DNA of 64,000 nucleotides from Mobula hypostoma. Its lineage: Eukaryota. A program made the translations under genes and the position numbers. The notes under the pieces were generated by a model. The model was not told the origin of the DNA. It searched no databases and was given only the letters and a program-made list of their open reading frames with translations. Numbering within the stretch: the first letter of the stretch is position 1; every line of letters starts with the position of its first letter. Of the stretch, positions 12,071 to 24,879 are shown one piece after another. The stretch spans positions 98,520,001 through 98,584,000 of the forward strand of contig NC_086108.1 of assembly GCF_963921235.1 (NCBI RefSeq). Direction: 5' to 3'.

Positions 12071-15000
12071 CCATAAGACATAGGAGCAGAATTGGGCCAT
12101 TTGACCCACTTTTTTTTAACCCTCCTCAGCCCCACTCCCCAGACTTCTCCCCCGTAATCTTTGATGACATGGCTAATCAAAAACCTATCAATTTCCACCT
12201 TAAATAGACCCTACAACCGGGCCTCCACAGCTCCCCTTAGTAATGAATTCCATAAATTTATCACCCTCTGGCTAAGGAAATTATTCCACATCTCTGGTAT
12301 TAAATGGATGCCCTTCTCTCCTGAGGCTGTGCCGTCTTGTCGTAAACTCCCCCACCATGGGAAATATCCTTTCCACGTCTATTCGGTAAAGGCCTTTCAA
12401 CATTCGAAAGGTTTCAATGAGATTACCCCCTCCCACCACATCCTTCTAATTTCCAATGAGTACGCATCCAGAGCCATCAAATATTCCTCATATGATAACC
12501 CTTTCATTCCTGTAGTCATCCCCGGAACCTTCTCCAATGCCATTACATCTTTTCTTAGATAAGGAGCCAAAACTGTTCACAATACTCAAGGTGAGGCCTC
12601 ACCAGAGCCTTATAAAGCCTCAGCATCACGTCCCTGCTCTTATATTCTCAAGTTCTTGAAATGAATGCTAACATGGCATTTGCCTTCCTCACCATGACTC
12701 TACCTGCAAGTTAGCCTGTAGGGTGTTCTGCACGAGGACTTCCAAGTCGCTTTGCATCTCAGGTTTTTGGATTTCTCCCCGTTTAGAAAATAGTCTGCAC
12801 ATTTATTTCTTCTAACAAAGAGCATAACCATACATTTTCCAACATCGTATTTCATTTGCCACACTCTTGCCCATTCTCCTAATCTGTCTAAGTCCTTCTG
12901 CAGTCTTCCTGCTTCCTCAACACTACTTGCCCCTCCACCAATCTTCATATCATCCTCAAACTTGGCAACAAAGCATCTAATCCTTCTTCTAAGCGGTCCC
13001 AACACTGACCCCTGCAGAACACCACTAGTAAATGCCAGCCAACCAGAAAAGGATCCTTTTATTTCCACTCGCTGCCTCCTACCAATCAGCCAATGCTCTA
13101 ACCATGCTCGTAACTTTCCTGTAATACCATGGGCTCTCACCTTGGTAAGCAGCCTCATACGTGGCACCTTGTCAAAGGCCTTCTGAAAATCCAAATATAC
13201 AACATCCCCCGCACCTTCTTTATCTATCTGACTTGTAATAAGAACATAAGGAATAGTAGCAGGAGTAGGCCATCCAGCCCATCAAGCCTGCCCCACCATT
13301 CAATAAGTTCATGGCTAATCTGTCTGTAAACTCAGCTCCATCTACCTGCCTTTTCCCCTTAATTCCCTTACTATGTAAAAACCTATCTAACTGTTTCTTA
13401 AATATATTTAGTGAGGAAGCCTCAACTGCTTCCCTGGGCAGAGAATTCCACAGATTCACCACTCTCTGGGAAAAGCAGTTTCTCCTCATCTCCGTCCTAA
13501 ATCTTCTCCCCCGAATCTTGAGGCAATGTCCCCTAGTTCTAGTCTCACCTACCAATAGAAACAACTTTCCTACTTCTCTCTTATCTATCCCTTTCAAAAT
13601 TTTGTATGTTTCTATAAGATCCTCTCTCCTCAAAGAATTCCAGCAGGTTTGTCAGGCAAGAGTTTTCCTTAAGGAAGCCATGCTGACCTGTCCTGTGTCA
13701 CCAAATATTCCATAACCTCATCCTTAACAATGGACTCCAACACTGAGGTCAGGCTAACTGGTCTATAATTTCCGTTCTGCTGCCTTCCTCCCTTCTTAAA
13801 GAGTGGAGTGACATTTGCAATTTTTCAGTTCTCTGGCACAATACCAGAGTCCAATGACTTTTGAAAGATCGTTACTAATGCCTCCACAATTCCTACCGCT
13901 CCCTCTTTCAGAACCCTCGGGTACAGTTCATCTGGTCGAGGTGACTTATGTACCCTTAGGTCTTTTCACTTTCTGAGCACATTCTCCCTTGTGATAGTAA
14001 CTACACTCACTTCTCTTCCCTCACACTCTTCAACAGCTGGCACACTGCTAGTGTATCCCACAGTGAAGACATACAAAATACCCATTTACTTCATCTGCCA
14101 TCTCCTTGTCCCCCATTATTATTTCACCGGCCTCATTTTTTACTGGTCCTATATCCACTTTCACCTCTCTTTTATTTTTTATATATTTGAAAAACCTTTT
14201 ACGGTCCACCTTTATATTGTTTGCTAGCTTGCTTTCATATTTCATCTTTTCCCTCCTAATGATTCTTTTAGTTGCTTTCAGTAGGTTTTTAAAACCTTCC
14301 CAATCTTCTATCTTTCCGTTATTTTTTGCTTTGTTGTATGCCCTCTCTTTGACTTTTACATTAGCTTTGACTTCCCTTGTCAACCACGGTTGTACTATTT
14401 TTCCATTTGAGTATTTCTTTGTTTTTGGAATACAGGTACATCTATCCTGCACCTTCCTCATTTTTCCCAGAAGTTCACACCATTGCTGCTCTGCTGTCAT
14501 CCCTGCCAGCATCTCCTTCCAATTTACTTTGGCCAACTCCTCTGTCACACTTCACTGTAATTTCCTTTACTCAACTGAAATACTGCTATGTCAGACTTTA
14601 CTTTCTTCCTATCAGATTTCAAGTTGAACTTAATCATATTGTGATCACTGCCTCCTAATGATTCCTTTACCTTAAGCTCCCTAATTGTCTCTGGTTTTTA
14701 CATAACATCCAATCCAGTATAGCTGATCCCCCAGTCAGCTCAATGACAAACTATTCTAAAAAGCCCTGGAGGCATTCAAAAAATTCACTCACTTGAAATC
14801 CATTACCAACTTGATTTTCCCAATCTACCTGCATGTTAAAATCTCCCAAGACTTCTTAGCATTGTCCTTTTGACACACCTTTTCTATTTACCATTGTATT
14901 CTGTAGTCCACATCCCAGCTACTGTTGGGAGGCTTGTATATATCAGGATCCTTTTACCCTTGCAGTTTTTTAACTCAATCCACAAAGATTCAACATCTTC

Positions 15001-15495
15001 TGATCCTATGTCACATCTTTCTAATGATTTGATGCCATTCTTTACCAGCAGAGCCACACTACCCCCTCTGCCTGCCTTCCTATCCCTCCAATATAACGTG
15101 GCTTCAAGGAGCTGCAGCTAGATGCACTTCACATAGATATAGTTTCTTGGGAGACACTAGGTGCCCCAGGACTCCAACATCTGGCATGAAGAACACACAA
15201 TGGCCACTTAAACTACACTAAGTACCCTTGACACAATAAGAAATAAAGGAAACTTAACAGAAACTTTCCTGGACAATTTCCCCAGTGCCATCGCCTCTTC
15301 CAAGATGAAGCCTCCTTTGATTCAAAGCCTGACACTCCCACTCTCACCACTGGCCCACTGCCAACAGTGGCTGCTCCGCTTGTCCCTTCTGTATCTTTAT
15401 TCACTCCTCTCTGTGCTGCTCCCACTGCGGATTGGGCTGCCGGAATGACACTGAACGCCCGCAAAGCTCTCTTTTAAAATGAGTGCCACCGGCCT
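12071..15495 (-). mobile_element. Decayed, internally deleted CR1 LINE running from 5' UTR to 3' tail
   Basis: RT motifs [23 protein letters not shown] at 12700..13194, linker ORF 14048..14548, APE remnants at ~14600-15100, and a 5' UTR at ~15200-15495 resembling the one at 51940. Confidence 0.85.
13238..13626 (-). mobile_element. CR1 3' fragment nested inside the 12071-15495 CR1
   Basis: The host reads through as ...acttgtaat|ctcctcaaagaattcc once this piece is removed. The insert has its own CTTATGTTCTT tail and closely matches 5310-5710. Confidence 0.8.
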
Positions 15496-15511
15496 GTGAG
15501 TAGCCTCTTCA

Positions 15512-15821
15512 CTAGAGAGAGGGAGAGAGAGAGGCAGAGTGAGAAAGAGAGAGGTGGAGAGAGAGAGAAAAGTTTAGAGAGAGAGAGACAGAGAGAGAGA
15601 GGGAAGTTTAGAGAGAGAGGGAGGGGGAGAGAGGGAGAGGGAGGGGGAGGGGGAGAGAGAGGAAAGTTTAGAGAGAGAGAGACAGAGAGAGAGAGGAAAG
15701 TTTAGAGAGAGAGGGAGAGGGAGAGGGAGAGGGAGAGAGGGAGGAGGAGGGGAGGAGAGGGGAGGGGAGGGGAGGGGGAGGGGAGAGAGAGAGGAAAGTT
15801 TAGAGAGAGACAGGGAGAGAA
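15512..15821. repeat. Polypurine tract with repeated AAGTTTAGAGAGAGA units and G-runs
   Basis: Read directly: five AAGTTTAGAGAG units and many GGG(A) runs at ~15710-15790. Confidence 0.9.
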
Positions 15822-15872
15822 TTAGTTTGGGTGAGGTTGTGTTGTACTAGCCTACTAGAGTATTTTATACAG

Positions 15873-15978
15873 GTCGGATGATATGCTTCGTATTACTGAG
15901 CCTGTGCTTACTTCTTGTTCAGTATCTGATGTTCCATCTCAATATATTTGAGATTGTTATTTTCATGGCGATAGTCAG
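15873..15978 (+). other. Candidate 106 nt exon
   Basis: Splice sites tattttatacag| and CAG|gtgagg. One frame is open and hydrophobic (RMICFVLLSLCLLLVQYLMFHLNIFEIVIFMAIV). Confidence 0.2.
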
Positions 15979-16844
15979 GTGAGGTATGGAATAAATATCA
16001 CATTCAGTCCCATTGACCATAGCCTGGTCTTGGGTTGGCTGTGGTCAGATGGGTGTTTAATTTTATACCCCAGCCAGTCTGAGCTAGCCGCACCATTTGG
16101 TCTTGAGGAAATGGAAGTCAAGTGAAATAAGTAAAGGTTAAACACCAAGGACAGTCTAAGTTTGCAGATCAGGAATTAAAACAGCATCCCACCCGTGTGC
16201 GGTGACCATTTGATTGATCGGAATCCACCCCAGTGAAAGGGAGAACACAGCTGAAATTACTGGACCCTAGTTTTCTTGCTTTAACCATGATTTTTGGCAG
16301 CAATGTCTTCAATTAATTTCTCCTCTGCTTACGGGTCAATTTAAGATACAGGAGATTTTGCAGGTGCTGGAAATCCAGAGTAACACACATAAAATGCTGG
16401 AGGAACTCAGCAGGTCAGGCAGCATTTATGCAAGTGAAAAGACAGTCAAAATTTCAGGCCGAGACCCTTCATCGGAAGAACATAAAGACTTTCTGTAAGG
16501 TCAGGTATGACTAATCACTTAAATATAGAAATTGCAGTGGCAGGAATATTAACCAGTGTCATACCAGCAGTACTCAGTACAACAGTGTGATGAACTAATA
16601 ATCGCAGAGAACAATGTTGGCCCTTGAAAACACTCAGTGGAATAATAACTATGAAATCCTTAATGTGTCTGGTTGAAATTCCTTGCTCTGCTCCTTGGTT
16701 ACACTGATTAAAATAGTTGCCATGGCACTGAGATACCGAAATGATTTTAGACAGAGGTACTGTACTAATTATGTACTGTAATTTAGTCCCCCATTGTAAT
16801 TCTAAACCCCGAGTCTACACAGAATGGCTAGGACAATGACTTAC

Positions 16845-16991
16845 CTCATAACACCATTACGTCGGCAATCTGCCGTGCGCCTGCACTGTCTTAACATGTT
16901 TACTTGTACTGATGGTTTTGCAGCGAACTGCCATCACTTCTAAGTTTCTGTCCCTTGGCTGGACTCCACAAAGAGCCCAGTGACTGGTCTG
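16845..16991 (-). other. Candidate 147 nt exon with strong splice sites, stops in all frames
   Basis: Acceptor ctctcctccccacag|cag (NAGNAG) and consensus donor GAG|gtaagt. Confidence 0.3.
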
Positions 16992-17959
16992 CTGTGGGGA
17001 GGAGAGGGTTCATCAGCTCTCACCTGACCCCATGGAGGGTTGGGATTGCCACACAGTGTAAGTTAAGGCCTTCATCTTTAGGCCTTGATTCTTATTTGAT
17101 TTTGCATAACACTTATCAATACCTTGAATGCTTTAAAAACATTTATTGATGTTAAATTATTTAAACCTATCAAACACTTTTGAAATGTCTTTGACCATCG
17201 GGGACGTTAAAAACATTACAAAGGATTTTATTGACAGCGAACTGTTCAAAGGGTGATGAGATGTTAAGGGGACTGGGACTTGATAGGTGTCATCTGAGGC
17301 TTGGTTGTTTCCCTCATCTTTGCTGTATCTCACAGGTTGTGGGGGGGGGGCTGATGGTGGGTGGTGTCATTGAATGGCTTCGACCATTCAGCCCATCAGG
17401 TCTGTGCAGCTTTCTACTAGAGCAGCTCTTTAATTCCATCCCCTACCCCTATTCCATTCCTTTGCACTCTTTTTCATCACCATAATTTATCCTCTTCAAG
17501 GTCATTATTGATCCCACCTCCACCGCATCTGCAAGCAGTCTATTCCAGATTCCAGATATACAATGTATAAAGATGTGCAAAAATGAATCTCAGGGTAGTA
17601 TTGTTGATAGATATGTACTTTGATAATTTACTTTGAACTTTGAACTTTAAAATTCCTCATAAACACTTAATTCTTGCCTCATGAATTTATCCCTGTGATC
17701 TGCAATCCACCAAGAGACCAGCCTCCCACTAGTGGCCCTTCAACATTATAGATTCTTCTATCAAGTGTCCTTCACTGTCTTCAAAAGTAAGTAGTCCAAG
17801 CCTCTGTAATTTATCCTTAACTTCAGTTCCTCAACCTAAGGACCATTGTCCTAGATCTCCTCTGCACCCTCTTTATTGCCTTCATATCTTTCCTACAGTG
17901 CGAATCAACAGGAACTTAACAGAGTACTCCAGCCTCCGCTGGGCTTGTGTTTTACATAA

Positions 17960-18945
17960 AATACTACAGCGTAGTACAGGCCCTTGGACTGTGATATTGT
18001 GCCAGCCTTTTAACCTGCTCTAAGACCAACCTAACCCTTCCCTCCTACATAAACCATCACTTTTCTATCATTCACATGCCTATCTAAGAGTCTCTTAAAT
18101 GCCCCTAATGTATCTGCCTCTACCACCACCTCCCCTGGCAGGGTGTTCCAGGCACCACCACCCTCTGTAAAAATCTTATTTCTGATATCCCCCTATGCTT
18201 TCCTCTAATTACCTTACAATTATAGTCAGTCATAGAGCTCCAAATTTCTCTTAGATGTTGAAATCAGACCCAGATCTACCACATGCTGGCAGCTTGTTCG
18301 ACATTCTCACCACCCTCTGAGTGAAGAAGTTCCCCCTCCTCGTAAACATTTCACCCTTCACCTTAACCTACTTCTCATCTCTAGTTTTCTGTGGAAAAAA
18401 CCTGCTTACGTTTACCTTATCTATACCCCTCATATCTTTGTATACAGCTATCAAATCTCCTCTTGTTCTCCGGCGATCCAGGGAAAAAAAGTTTTAACCT
18501 ATTCAACCTTTCCCTGTAATTCAGGTCCTCAAGTCTTGGAAACGTGAAATTTCTCTGTTCTCTTTCAATCTTATCGATATCTTTTCTGTAGGTGGGTGAC
18601 CTGAACTGCACATGATACTCCAAATTAGGCTTCAACAACATGTTATACTTCTTCAAATTATACCCCTTAAGAAGGGAAAAGCGTTTGATCTGTGCCTTGT
18701 ATCATCTTACACACCTCTATCAAGTCTATTTTAATAAAGGTTTTATACCTCTAAGATAGACACCTCTACTTTTATGAAGGTTTGGAATGATTTCCCTGTG
18801 TTTATATTTATTGATTCCATAAAACCCAGAACTGTACATACCCTCTTCACCACTTTCTGAAATTGCCCTGCCACTTTCATTGACGTGTGCATCTGCAGAC
18901 CCAGATCCCTCTGCTCCACCACCTCCTTTAGAGCAGTATCCTTTT
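17960..18945 (-). mobile_element. Decayed CR1 3' fragments
   Basis: Reads LLKPNLEYHVQFRSPTYRKDIDKIER and QRDLGLQMH, with CR1 3' UTR remnants. Confidence 0.7.
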
Positions 18946-19340
18946 GAATTAGAATCAGAATCAGGTTTAATATCACTGACATTTGTGAAATTTATTGTTT
19001 TGGGGCAGTATAGCACAATACAATAAACCTACAGATTACAGTAAGAAAGATATATAAAAAAAGTGCAAAAAGAGCGCAAAAATAGTGAGGTGGTGTTCAT
19101 GGGTTGGTTCATTGAAGAAGCTGTTCCTAAAACATTGAGTGCATATCTTTTAAATACATCTTCTGACGTTTCTCTGTATTGGCCTTTCCTGCCACGTATC
19201 TAAAGATTAAAGATTAAAGAGCAACCTTGCACATGTACGTCAAAACATATAGTGAAATGCATTGTTTGCATCAATGACCAACATACTCCAAGGATCTGCT
19301 TGGGTGGCAGACCAAGTTCAGGATGGCTTGGCCCAATATA

Positions 19341-19407
19341 CAGTTCTGTGCAAAAGTCTTAGGTGCATATATATAGCTAGGGTGCCTAAGATTTTTGCAC
19401 AGTACTG
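19341..19407. mobile_element. 67 bp Tc1/mariner-type MITE hairpin
   Basis: TA|CAGTTCTGTGCAAAAGTCTTAGG...CCTAAGATTTTTGCACAGTACTG|TA: 23 bp arms with 2 mismatches and TA flanks. Confidence 0.85.
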
Positions 19408-19664
19408 TACTTGTCAACGTGGAGCAGAGAGCAAGGTTATAAATCTGGCAGGAGTAAAGGATGTTGGGAATGGCGAGGCTGGAGCACTGCAGGAGGGGTG
19501 TGGGACAGGTGGCAGAGAAGGAGTGTAAGGGGCGATGGTGGCTTGGGTGCAGACTCACCCAGCCATGAGATACCAGGCAAGGTCATTTGATTCCAAACAA
19601 TTGGTTTATTGATGATTACAGAATATCTCTCCCTTCCTGTCTTCCCAACCATTCTTCCCCATGA

Positions 19665-19915
19665 AGTTGCCACGTTATCCGGCTGGGTACAGAAAATCTG
19701 TCCTGACCAACTGGCTGGAGTATTCAAGGACATCTTCAATCTCATATTACTACGGACTAAGATTCCCATCTGCTTCAGAAGGGCAGCAACCATTCCAGAC
19801 CCCATAGTGAGCAGGGAAAGCTGCTTGAATGACTATCACCCAAGAACATTTACATCTACTCTAATGAAATGCTTCGAGAGGTTGGTTAGAACTAGAATTA
19901 ACTCCTGCCTGAGCA
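19665..19915 (+). mobile_element. Rex1/Babar RT internal fragment
   Basis: Reads [39 protein letters not shown]. Confidence 0.8.
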
Positions 19916-20015
19916 CGTACTCATAGTCCCCTCTTTTAGTGCTATTTAATTTTGTAATTCATAGACTTCTTATGTCTTTGCACTGTACAGCTGCAACAAA
20001 ATTTCACATCCTATA

Positions 20016-20524
20016 AAGAAAATGAAGACCATATTAACAGACAGAAAGATGAGCACGTACACTAAGAACAGAATACTGCAGTGCTACATTTATTCTATCC
20101 TGACTTATGGAAGTGAATGCTGGACCATTTCCCCAGCAATGGAAAAGAGTCTAGAAGCAGCTGAATTATGGTTCTACAGGAGAATGTTAAAAATATCATG
20201 GACCACACACACATCAAATGACGAAGTTCTCAGACGAGCCCAAGCAGTTCGATCACTCATACCAACAATAAGAGAAAGACAACTCAGATTCCTAGGACAC
20301 ATCATGCGGAAAGATGAACTAGAAGAACTTATACTCTGTGGAAAGACTGAGGGGAGCAAACCTAGAGGAAGACCTCGGCTTATGTACATCAAAAGCATAG
20401 CTAGGTGACTACACAGTGAGGAAATGGAAGTCATCCAAAAAAACAAAGGATAGATCTATATGGAAAACCATGGTCACCAAAGTCCGCATCGGATATGGTA
20501 CCCAGACAGACAGACAGACAGAGA
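20016..20524 (+). mobile_element. RTE-clade LINE 3' fragment with (GACA)n tail, nested in a Rex 3' UTR
   Basis: Reads ILTYGSECWT..LEAAELWFYRRMLKISW..RQLRFLGHIMRK..EGSKPRGRPR. The flanks join as atttcacatcctata|ttagtgaaataaatttgactctgattctg. Confidence 0.88.
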
Positions 20525-22389
20525 TTAGTGAAATAAATTTGACTCTGATTCTGATTTGGACTGATCATCCCAAGACGGCACTGTGGTTCTGAAGAAGGAG
20601 GTGGTCCGTTAACCAGAGCATGAAATTGTCTGATTGTCACAAATGATTGGGATAGAACATAGAACATAGAATAGGATGGCACAGTACAGGCCCTTCGGCC
20701 CACAATGAATCCTAGATTTGATCCTGATCTTGGGATCTTTCTGCATAGAGTCACCACACCGCGCCCATGGACGCATGGGTTTTCACCTGGTCTTCTGGTT
20801 TCCCCCCACATCTCTCAGGAACGAGCTGTGAGGTTAATTGGTCACTCTCACTGTGGGCAGGTGGCAAAATAATCAAAGGAGATTGGCACGTGAGGAAGGA
20901 TTAGTTTTAGGGCTGCAAGGAATGAGACTAGTGGGAATTTTCTGCTGGGAGCTGGCATCATATAGAATGGAGCTGGCTTCATGGTTATACAAAGAATGTC
21001 TTCAGGGAAAGGCAAGCTGATGCCATCACCCAAAGTGGGAGAGTCTAAGACTGGGGGCATAGCCTCAGAATATATGCATATCACTTTAGAACAGAGAGGA
21101 GGTGGAACTTCTTTATTTCTTTATTTAGCCAGAGGGTGGAAAGTCTTGTCAGATGGTCATGGAGGCCAAGTCATTGGATATATTTAAAGCAAAGGTTGAT
21201 CGGTTTGTGATTAGTAACGGCATCAAACGTTACAGAGTTAAGGGTGGTGTTGAGAGGGATAATAAATCAGCCATGATCAAATGGCAGAGTAGACTTGATG
21301 GGCAAAATGACCTAATTCTTCTCCACCGTCTCGGTCCGGACTTGCGTCTGAGATTTGGATTACCTACAGATAGCATTGCGAGACATTGGAAAGGTACCAC
21401 CAAAGATGTCACTGTAAAATCCTTAACTTCACTTGAGAGTAAATGAATTAATGCCGGCATCTTCTCTCAGACCAACGTACCCAGCACTAAGCCCCTAGTT
21501 GCTCTTAGTCAACCAGGATTGCTTGTATTGTGCATTAACTCTCAGATGACCTGTTCTGTGCCCAGCAAATGGATGCAATCATGAAGAAGGCTTTACTTTC
21601 TTAGAAGCTTAAGGAGATTGGCTTTCCAACAAATAATTCTGAATGAAGTATTGCAGTTGAACACACTTTGACAGATGCACTGTAGGAATAATCTTCACTG
21701 GGTTGCATCATGGCCAGGGTTGGCAATTCCTAAGCACAGGAACGTAAGAGTTTGCAGAGTGAAGTGGACATCATCATTGACAGTGTCTGCTCAAGACCGC
21801 AGAATCCGTCATCAAGAATTTCACCATCTGGGTCACGATCTCTTCTCACTGCTACTGTTGAGCAGGAGATGTAGAAACCTGAAGCCTGAGGTCTCACACC
21901 ACCAACTTCAGGAACAGATTATTTCCCACAGTCCCCAGATTCCTGAAATGACGTGCACAACTCTAACCTTACCTCAGCGATGGAACACCATGGGTCACCT
22001 CCAGCAGCACCATGGACTTGCTTCTGACTATGTTGTCTTGCACTGGCGTCTCGTTTCGCACAGTCTCTCATTCTGCATTGTCTGGTATCATTTACGTATG
22101 GCTAGTGTTTTGTCTGCTGTCTGACTCTACACGCACGCCTGTGGTGCCACTGCAAGGAGGTTTTCATTGTACTTGTACCTCACCACACTGATGCACAGCA
22201 CAATGAACCTGACTTGCAAGCCTAATAGCTGGCTCCCAAAACAAACATTCTTTTCCAGGCTCTGTGTTGGGAAGCAATTCACAAGTGACAAAGGAAAAAG
22301 TTTCAAGGACGTATTCAAAGCTTTTTTGAGGAAATGCATCATTCCCACTGGCTCCTGAGAACCGGGGCCCATGGTTCAGTGGAACAAAG

Positions 22390-23460
22390 GGACAGAGTCA
22401 TACAGCACTGCAGCACAGAAACAGGACCTTTAGCCCTTTTTCTCCGTGCTGATCTGTTATCCAGTACTATCAACCTGCATCTAGATAATAGCCCTTCATT
22501 CCCTTCCCATTCATGTACCTATCCAAATTTCTCTTAAAGGTTGAAATCAAACCCGTATCCACCTCTTCAGCTGGCAGACCATTCCACAGTCGCACGATAC
22601 ACTGAATGAAGAAGTTCTCCCTCAGATTCCCCTTAAATATTTCACCTTTCACCCTTAACCCATGACCTCTGGTTGTCATCTCTCCCGACCTCAGTGGGAA
22701 GATCCTGCATGCATTTACCCTATCTTTACCCTTCATATTTTTGATTATGTCTATCAAATGTCTCATATTCCTACACTCCAGGAATGCAGTCCTAATGTAT
22801 TCAACCTTTGCCTATAACCCAGCTTCTCAAGTCCCAGCAACATCCTTGTAAATTTCCTCTGTACACTGGGAATACTAATTCCTTGAAAGTGTCACAATTA
22901 CCGTATATAGGTCCGTAAAGAGAGCTTATGGCACATTGATCTTCACAAATCAAATTATTGAGTATATGGGTTGGGATGTTATGCTGAAGTTGTATAAGAC
23001 GCTGGTGAGGCAAGATTTGGAGAATTGTGTGCTGTTCAGGAAAGATGTTAAAAGAGTACATATCTCCCTGGAGTTAGGATTTTATTCCCTGGAGTATAGG
23101 AGAATGAGGGAAAGTATATGCAAGAGGTATGCAAAATTATGAGGGGTATAGATAGAGTTAATGTAGGCTTCTTCCATGAGGTTAGATGAGGCTAGAATTA
23201 GAGATCATAGGTTTGGGGTGAAAAGTGAAATTTTTAAGGGGAACCTGAGGGGGAATTTCTTCACTCAGAGAGTGGTGGAAATGTGGAATGAAGTGACAGT
23301 GAAAGTGGTACATGCAGATTCATCTGTAACTTTTAAGGAAAGTTTGAATAGGTACACTGATACAGGAGTATGGAGTACTGTGTAGATGGGTCATGGATGA
23401 ACTGAGGTTGCCACAGAGCAGATGGGCCAAAGGGCCTGCTTCTGTGCTGTAGTGATCCAT
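22390..23460. mobile_element. Two back-to-back CR1 3' fragments (minus ~22390-22865, plus ~22915-23460)
   Basis: TRGHGLRVKGEIFKGNLR on the minus strand; LYKTLVRQDLE and FKGNLRGNFFTQRVV on the plus strand. Confidence 0.7.
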
Positions 23461-24041
23461 GTCTATCAACTACCCCAAATGTGGGTGAGTCTGTGGGTCA
23501 CAGGCGACCCACAGAGCTGTGTGCTTAGCTCATTTTACACCTCTGACTGTCAGGCTAAGCACAGCTCCAATGCCATATTGAAGTTTGCTGATGGCACCAC
23601 TATTGTGGGCCAAATCAAAGGTGGTGACAAATCAACATATAGGAGGGAGACTGAAAATCTGGCTGAACGGTGCCACAACAACAACAACCTGTTACTCAAG
23701 ACCAAGAAGCTGATAATTGACTTCAGGAGGAGGAAACCAGACTTCCATGAGTCAGTGTTCATCAGGGAATCAGAGGTGGAGAGGGTCAGCTACTTTAAAT
23801 TCCTGGTGAACATGTGCTCTTCAGATAATTGTTTCTGTCTGACTTGGACAGACTCTTTAATGAAGCCTAAAAGTGGCCAGAGGTACAATAAAAGGGAGGA
23901 TCACTTGAACTGAGTCCTGGCAGTCAAGGCTACCTAGAGGTGCAAACATGAGGAAACCTGCAGATGCTGGAATTTCAAGCAACACACATAAAAGTTGCTG
24001 GTGAACGCAGCAGGCCAGGCAGCATCTCTAGGAAGAGGTAC

Positions 24042-24077
24042 AGTCGACGTTTCGGGCCGAGACCCTTCGTCAGGACT
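24042..24077 (-). ncRNA. PLE minimal type I hammerhead ribozyme, intact core
   Basis: Minus strand reads AGTC-CTGACGA-A-GGG-TCTCGG-CCC-GAAA-C-GTC-GACT. Confidence 0.85.
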
Positions 24078-24843
24078 AACTGAAAGAAGAGCTAGTAAGA
24101 GAATTGAAAGTGGGAGGGGGAGGGGGAGATCCAAAATGATAGGAGAAGACAGGAGGGGGAGGGATGGAGCCAAGAGCTGGACAGGTGATCGGCAAAAGGG
24201 ATATGAGAGGATCATGGGACAGGAGGCCTAGGGAGAAAGACGGGGGGGGGGGAGCCCAGAGGATGGGCAAAGGGTATAGTCAGAGGGACAGAGGGAGAAA
24301 AAGGAGAGAGAGAGAAAGAATGTGTGTATATAAATAAATAACGGATGGGGTACGAGGGGGCGGTGGGGCATTAGCAGAAGTTTGAGAAGTCAATGTTTAT
24401 ACCCAGACGGAATATAAGGTGTTGTTCCTCCAGCCTGAGTGTGGCTTCATCTTGACAGTAGAGGAGGCCATGGATGGACATATCAGAATGGGAATGGGAT
24501 GTGGAATTAAAATGTGTGGTCACTGGGAGATCCTGCTTTCTCTGGTAGACAGAGCGTAGGTGTTCAGCGAAACGATCTCCCAGTCTGTGTTGGGTCTCTC
24601 CAATATATAGAAGGCCACATCGGGAGCACTTGTCGCAGTATATCACCCCAGCCGACTCACAGGTGAAGTTTTCGCCTCACCTGGAAGGACTGTCTGGGGC
24701 CCTGAATGATCCTCTCATACCCCTTTTGCCAATCAACTGTCCAGCTCTTGGCTCCATCTCTCCCTGTCTTGTATTCACCTGTCATTTCGGATCTCCCCCT
24801 CCCCTTCCCACTTTCAAATCTCTTACTAGCTCTTCTTTCAGTT

Positions 24844-24879
24844 AGTCCTGACGAAGGGTCTCGGCCCGAAACGTCGACT
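24844..24879 (+). ncRNA. PLE minimal type I hammerhead ribozyme, intact core
   Basis: Helix I AGTC(24844-47)/GACT(24876-79); CTGACGA 24848-54; helix II GGG/CCC; GAAA 24868-71; GTC cleavage triplet 24873-75. Confidence 0.85.

Noticed and set aside
11726..12109. Long SL-repeat ORFs resembling membrane proteins
   Set aside because: Artefact of the GA-rich tract.
14106..14627. 173 aa hydrophobic plus-strand ORF
   Set aside because: Antisense of the Lys-rich CR1 ORF2 linker.
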